From the NCBI GenBank assembly GCA_013166775.1, contig JABLTJ010000003.1, positions 1-64,000 of the forward strand: a stretch of 64,000 bases of DNA. The letters are read 5' to 3'. This DNA comes from Promethearchaeati archaeon. Lineage in GTDB: Archaea > Asgardarchaeota > Heimdallarchaeia > Heimdallarchaeales > Heimdallarchaeaceae. Each line of letters opens with the position of its first letter. Position 1 is the stretch's first letter. Below, in pieces: positions 59,265 through 64,000 of the stretch. The position numbers were made by a program, and so were the translations under genes. The notes under the pieces are model-generated. The model saw only the letters and a program-made list of their open reading frames with translations, did not search any database and was not told the DNA's origin.

Positions 59265-59318
59265 GTTTTCAAGATTTTTCAGTAACTTTATATTAATGCT
59301 TGAATAAATGAAATAGTA

Positions 59319-60638
59319 ATGTATTCTCTTGCATTTGTTGTAGGAACTAGACCCGAAATTACTAAGATAGCTCCTGTAATTCTTGAAGCAGAGAACAGGA
59401 ACCTTTCATTTACTATTATTCACACAGGACAACATTATGACAAAGAGATGTCCGATCAATTCTTTGATGTGCTTGAACTTAGAAAACCAGATTTTAATTT
59501 GGGAGTTCAAGCTAAGCAAACAAATCAGCAATTAGGAGACATGATTAAAAAATTAGGTGAATTATTTCTAGAACTTTCTCCAAATATAGTCTTAGCTGTA
59601 GGAGATACTGTAAGTGTTTTAGCTGCTTGTTTAGCTAGTGTAAACAATCAGATTCCTTTCGGACATATTGAATCAGGTCTAAGGTCTTATGATAATACAA
59701 TGCCAGAAGAAATAAACAGAAGGATAGTAGATAGTGTATCTTCAATTCTATTTGCTCCATCTCAAAGAGCAGTTGTAAATTTACTCTATGAAGGAATAGA
59801 TGCAGAGAGAATACACTTTGTAGGAAATACAATTGTTGATTCAATACAAATTTTTGGGGATAAAATTAAGCAAGAAATACCTTCCCAAGCAAGTGAATTA
59901 TTAAAGAAAACACAAAGAGATTTTATCATTTGCACAATTCATAGAGTTAGTAATGTTGAAAATGAAACCAACCTTAAAGAAATAGTAGAGACTTTAGAGG
60001 AAATTAAGGACACCTCGATTATTTTCTTGCTACATCCACGAACTGCAAATAAATTAGAAGAATTTAAACTCATGTCACAATTCAAGAGTATTGAAAATAT
60101 GTTGCTATCTTCACCAATAGATTACTTCTCAATACTAAGCCTAATGAGAAATGAACGTTGTAAGCTAATACTCACTGATTCCGGAGGATTGCAAGAAGAA
60201 GCTGCGTTTTTGAAAATCCCATGTATAACTCTAAGACCAAATACTGAAAGACCTGAAACAGTTGAACAAGAAATAAATAAGCTAGTCAGAATAAAAAAGG
60301 ATGAAATTATAAACACCATAAAACAGACATTGGGTGATGTAAATATCAAGCGGAAATTTGATGAATTCATTTTTCCCTATGGAGATGGAAATTCCAGAAA
60401 GAAAATACTAGATATTATTGAGAACAACTTGGATAATCTATCTTTCATATCTCCTGAAATGTATTCCAGTGGATCCAAATCTTTTTTCCTTATAGAAATC
60501 AAGACTAAAATAAGTAGTTCAATTGTTGAAAACAAATTCAATTGCACTATTACTCTAGTATATGATGAGAGAGGGCAACCTATACCTATTCCAGATGAAC
60601 TACAAAAAGGGTATTGGATAAGAGTCTCAGTCAAATGA
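59319..60638 (+). CDS. wecB: UDP-N-acetylglucosamine 2-epimerase (non-hydrolysing)
   Basis: GTRPE, HTGQHYD, GDT, HIESGLRS, PEEINR, TDSGGLQEEA, TERPE, PYGDG. Confidence 0.93.
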   Translation: MYSLAFVVGTRPEITKIAPVILEAENRNLSFTIIHTGQHYDKEMSDQFFDVLELRKPDFNLGVQAKQTNQQLGDMIKKLGELFLELSPNIVLAVGDTVSVLAACLASVNNQIPFGHIESGLRSYDNTMPEEINRRIVDSVSSILFAPSQRAVVNLLYEGIDAERIHFVGNTIVDSIQIFGDKIKQEIPSQASELLKKTQRDFIICTIHRVSNVENETNLKEIVETLEEIKDTSIIFLLHPRTANKLEEFKLMSQFKSIENMLLSSPIDYFSILSLMRNERCKLILTDSGGLQEEAAFLKIPCITLRPNTERPETVEQEINKLVRIKKDEIINTIKQTLGDVNIKRKFDEFIFPYGDGNSRKKILDIIENNLDNLSFISPEMYSSGSKSFFLIEIKTKISSSIVENKFNCTITLVYDERGQPIPIPDELQKGYWIRVSVK

Positions 60639-60639
60639 A

Positions 60640-61569
60640 TTAGATTGCTATGCCTGTTAGGACTTTAATTAATAGTCTTATTGCTGCTACGACTGCCAAT
60701 AACCAAAAACCTGATAGAATCCATTCTGATTTTATTTTATGAATGTATCTGGGAACTATATTTGCTGCAATGACTGTTCCTAATGCCCAGATTATAACAA
60801 TGTCCCATCTCACAGTACCCCACCCACTAGAGAAAATTCTGGTTCCAATAGCGAATGGATTTGCAATTAAGATTGTGAGTGTAGAAGTAGCTGCTGCAAT
60901 TCCAGCTGGAATACCTAAAGCCATAGTTAAAATTGGCATAAAAACTACACCTCCTCCTAGACCAAGCATTCCTCCTACAAATCCTCCTAAAACAGCAATA
61001 AAAACTCCTGGAACAAGTTTGGCTTTATATTTGTGGACATTTCCATGACGATCTGTAATTTCTCGAACTAATACAGTTTGCTTCCACCAAGGTCTATCTT
61101 CTTGGATTTCTTCTTTTTTAATGATTTCTTCGTTGTTATTGTTCTTCTTGTACTTTGCTACAAATATTGTTGTTATTTTGTAAAGTGCTATAGTAATCAT
61201 TGTTACAGCAAAGATGATTTGTAAAGTGTCTATTTTATATTTTTTTTCAGATAACCATTTTGAGAGAGTAGAACCAGCTATAGCTCCAGGAACTGCAAAT
61301 AAGACGAATGAAAAGGCAATTCTATAATCTATCCGTTTCTCTCTCGCATAAGATAAAGTTCCACTCAATGCAGTGAAAAATATTATTCCAAGCGAAGTTG
61401 AAGTTGCTGTAAATGTATCAAGTTCTAAAACATTGGAATAAATAAGTAATAATAAAGGAACATTAAGTAATCCTCCACCAATGCCGAATGTAGGAGCAAT
61501 GGTTCCGACAAGTAATCCTAAAGCAAATAATGAGAAACCTATAGCTACAGAGAATTCAAAGAAAACCAT
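60640..61569 (-). CDS. TauE/SafE (TSUP) sulfite/sulfur-compound exporter
   Basis: FGIGGGLLNVP, ATSTSL, GLGGGVVFMP, AAATS repeats; about 8 TM. Confidence 0.88.
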   Translation of the reverse strand: MVFFEFSVAIGFSLFALGLLVGTIAPTFGIGGGLLNVPLLLLIYSNVLELDTFTATSTSLGIIFFTALSGTLSYAREKRIDYRIAFSFVLFAVPGAIAGSTLSKWLSEKKYKIDTLQIIFAVTMITIALYKITTIFVAKYKKNNNNEEIIKKEEIQEDRPWWKQTVLVREITDRHGNVHKYKAKLVPGVFIAVLGGFVGGMLGLGGGVVFMPILTMALGIPAGIAAATSTLTILIANPFAIGTRIFSSGWGTVRWDIVIIWALGTVIAANIVPRYIHKIKSEWILSGFWLLAVVAAIRLLIKVLTGIAI

Positions 61570-61705
61570 ATTTTCACCTTTTAACAAATTCAAGAAAAGA
61601 CCTATATTTAAAAATTCAATTATTTACCCAATTTCTACTAAGATACTTTTGTAAAATAATTTTCGAAAAATAAAGATAGATTCTAGATTATGTAAACCTT
61701 GAAAA

Positions 61706-62650
61706 CTAGATTGTAACAATAGTCAAGACACTGATAAGAAGTCTTATTGCAGCTGATATCGCTAAAATCCAGAATCCTGTTGAAATCCATGCTGATTTTA
61801 TTTTATTTAAAAATCTTGGAACGATATTAGAAGAAATAATTGTACCAGCAGCCATTACTAATACTATATCCCATCTAACATACATATGCCTAATTCCTAC
61901 AGCGAAAGGTGAAACAAAAAGAATTGTAAACGTTGAAGTAGCTGTGGCAATTGCTACAGGTAAACCGAGAACCATTGTTAATATTGGTACATATACCACT
62001 CCTCCTCCTAATCCAAGCATAGATCCAATAAATCCTCCAATAAACGCAATAAAAATGCCTGGTACAAGTTTAATTCTGTATTTAAAAGCTATACCTCTCT
62101 TATCCTCAAAATCTCTGTAAAGAATAGTTTGTCTCCACCAAGATTTATTAACTTGCTCTTCATCACATTCTAAGCTCATGCATTCATTTTCTTCATCAAG
62201 AAGACCTTTTATTTGTTTCCTCCTCTGAATGAATACGTTTGTAATTTTATAGATTGCTATCAAAATCATTGTACAAGCAAAAATAATTTGAAGGATATCG
62301 ATTTCATATTTCCTCTCTTTTAGCCATTTTGAGAATAGAGCTCCTGAAATGGCACCAGGGATAGCATAAATCATAAAAGTTGCAGCTACTCTAAAATCTA
62401 TTCTTTTCTCTCGTATGTAAGATTGTGATCCACTTAATGAAGTAAAAATGATTACACCCAATGATGTAGCTGTAGCTGCATTTGCATCAAGATCAAATAT
62501 ATTTTTATAAACAAGCAAAAGAATTGGTACATTTAACAAACCACCCCCAATGCCAAATGTTGGTGCTATTGCTCCACTTAATAATCCAAAAGCAAATAGA
62601 GACAAAACAATCCACCAATTAAAATCTGCAAACATTTCCACTAGATGCAC
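61706..62650 (-). CDS. TauE/SafE (TSUP) exporter, tandem paralog
   Basis: FGIGGGLLNVP, ATATSL, GLGGGVVYVP, ATATS. Confidence 0.88.
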   Translation of the reverse strand: MHLVEMFADFNWWIVLSLFAFGLLSGAIAPTFGIGGGLLNVPILLLVYKNIFDLDANAATATSLGVIIFTSLSGSQSYIREKRIDFRVAATFMIYAIPGAISGALFSKWLKERKYEIDILQIIFACTMILIAIYKITNVFIQRRKQIKGLLDEENECMSLECDEEQVNKSWWRQTILYRDFEDKRGIAFKYRIKLVPGIFIAFIGGFIGSMLGLGGGVVYVPILTMVLGLPVAIATATSTFTILFVSPFAVGIRHMYVRWDIVLVMAAGTIISSNIVPRFLNKIKSAWISTGFWILAISAAIRLLISVLTIVTI

Positions 62651-62751
62651 CTAATCATTTATTCATTGAAATATATTGTGTTTAAAACTCTAGTGTAAGA
62701 ACTATTTTTCAAGTAGAAATCATTTTAAATTATTAGAAAAATAAATAACTA

Positions 62752-63624
62752 ATGAATGTTGAAAGAGAAACCGAAATAGCAGAACACTTGCTCTCATTAA
62801 TGAAGAAAAAAAACATTTGGGATTTAGATATAATCTCTTCAATTTTAAATATAAATCCTTTAGAACTCTCAAACTTCATAAAGACTTTACCGATGGCTTA
62901 TGGTCTTTCAATTTTAAACAAGAAAATATCTGTAACTATTGAGCTTGTTAGAGATGTCGAAGAAGAGATTAAAAGTAGTTTTATTAATTGGTATCAAAGA
63001 ACAGTACCTGACGCTTATTCTCGAATAAAACTAGCTCCTACTGATATTTTATCTGATAAACAAAGAAAACAGATAGTTACGGATCAACAATCCAAATCAA
63101 GAGTATCGATTTATGGAGATTATTTCTTAGTTGAAAAGATTATAAATCAATACATTGAGCGAGAAGGATTGCATCCTTCATATAAATATGTGGGAGGATA
63201 TGAACCCATTAATTTTGACTTAAAATTAGGAAATGAGATAATTTCAACACAGTTTTCCATAATCGATTATAAAAGAGATATACTTTCCCTAGCTCCCTTA
63301 CTCTTTGAAGATGTTGAAGGATTTCTCTTCATCTTTGATCCACAAGATTTGCATCAGATAGAGAAAATCAATCAAATGTCTGAATTATTAATAAACAAAA
63401 GAAAAAAGGATATATTGGTTTCGTTTTTAGCAATATTAAGAAGTGAGAATGAAACGAATTCATTAAATGAGATTGCAGATATTTTAACTAGAATAGTCGA
63501 ATGTTTTGAAGATATACAAGTTTTCAAAGTTTCATTTGCTGTATTGTTTAAGCCAGAACACATAGAAAGAAAAATCAATGATTTGATTCAGACTGCACGT
63601 TTATTAGTAAAAATGAGTAGTTAG
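62752..63624 (+). CDS. Winged-helix protein with degenerate small-GTPase-like domain
   Basis: N-terminal HTH-like segment; RVSIYGD, FSIID, FEDVEGFLFIFDP match GTPase strands but GKS/T is absent. Confidence 0.4.
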   Translation: MNVERETEIAEHLLSLMKKKNIWDLDIISSILNINPLELSNFIKTLPMAYGLSILNKKISVTIELVRDVEEEIKSSFINWYQRTVPDAYSRIKLAPTDILSDKQRKQIVTDQQSKSRVSIYGDYFLVEKIINQYIEREGLHPSYKYVGGYEPINFDLKLGNEIISTQFSIIDYKRDILSLAPLLFEDVEGFLFIFDPQDLHQIEKINQMSELLINKRKKDILVSFLAILRSENETNSLNEIADILTRIVECFEDIQVFKVSFAVLFKPEHIERKINDLIQTARLLVKMSS

Positions 63625-63630
63625 TTTCTT

Positions 63631-64000
63631 TTATCTTAAGCTTTCATCATCTAGAAGATGAGAGTATGCTCGGAAGGAAATGTTTACAGGTATTAATCCT
63701 CCAATAAGTAGAAGAACAGATATTGCTGAGATTATGATGCCTGTTAAGTCGATACCAATCAGAACATCTCCTTGTGTGAAGGATGCCCCAAAGAAGAGAC
63801 AATAAGCTACAGCTTGTAATGCAAAAGATATTGTTGGTAAGAAATTTGGATGTTTGACAATAATTTTCTTGAAATATAAGGTGAGTAATTGCTTTCTAAA
63901 GAAAAAGAAAGATAAACTAAATACTATACTCGAGATTATCATTAATATGTCACCAATATAGAAAAACGCAACTCGAATAATCTTACCATCATCATCAACT
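63631..64000 (-). CDS. Membrane protein (partial, starts beyond window end)
   Basis: Frame is open to the window end, with several TM helices. Confidence 0.55.
   Translation of the reverse strand, partial: VDDDGKIIRVAFFYIGDILMIISSIVFSLSFFFFRKQLLTLYFKKIIVKHPNFLPTISFALQAVAYCLFFGASFTQGDVLIGIDLTGIIISAISVLLLIGGLIPVNISFRAYSHLLDDESLR

Noticed and set aside
1-64000. CRISPR arrays, rRNA/tRNA, transposases, integrases
   Set aside because: No spaced direct repeats, GC-rich RNA-like islands or recombinase motifs were seen by eye; a tRNAscan/Infernal run would be needed to exclude small RNAs.

Overview
AT-rich, gene-dense archaeal chromosomal segment with GGTG/GGAG-type ribosome-binding sites. Profilin, a Rab-like GTPase, PCI-type winged helices, longin/DENN-like proteins and an IFT52-like GIFT protein point to an Asgard archaeon, probably Heimdallarchaeia-like (inference). 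No rRNA, tRNA, CRISPR array or mobile element was recognised. The main feature is a ~16 kb energy/sulfur locus at 40.5-56.3 kb. It holds a NikMN-Q-O nickel transporter, a minus-strand tusA-sqr-like-tusA-dsrE2-dsrE-regulator operon, and a divergent hdrC-hdrB-hdrA...mvhDGA operon. In that operon HdrA is split inside its inserted ferredoxin domain by a ~3 kb NuoEFG/HydCBA-type NAD/FMN module, giving HdrA(N)-NuoE, HydB/NuoF and NuoG-HdrA(C). Both flavin modules keep their bifurcation-associated residues, and HdrC has an N-terminal membrane helix. Two TauE/SafE exporters lie ~4 kb downstream. The rest is housekeeping and catabolic genes (tldD/tldE, ridA, agmatinase, DNA ligase, acyl-CoA ligase, NSAR/OSBS plus GNAT, wecB, M14 peptidase) and many Asgard-type hypothetical proteins. 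All calls come from motif recognition by eye; no database search was run.
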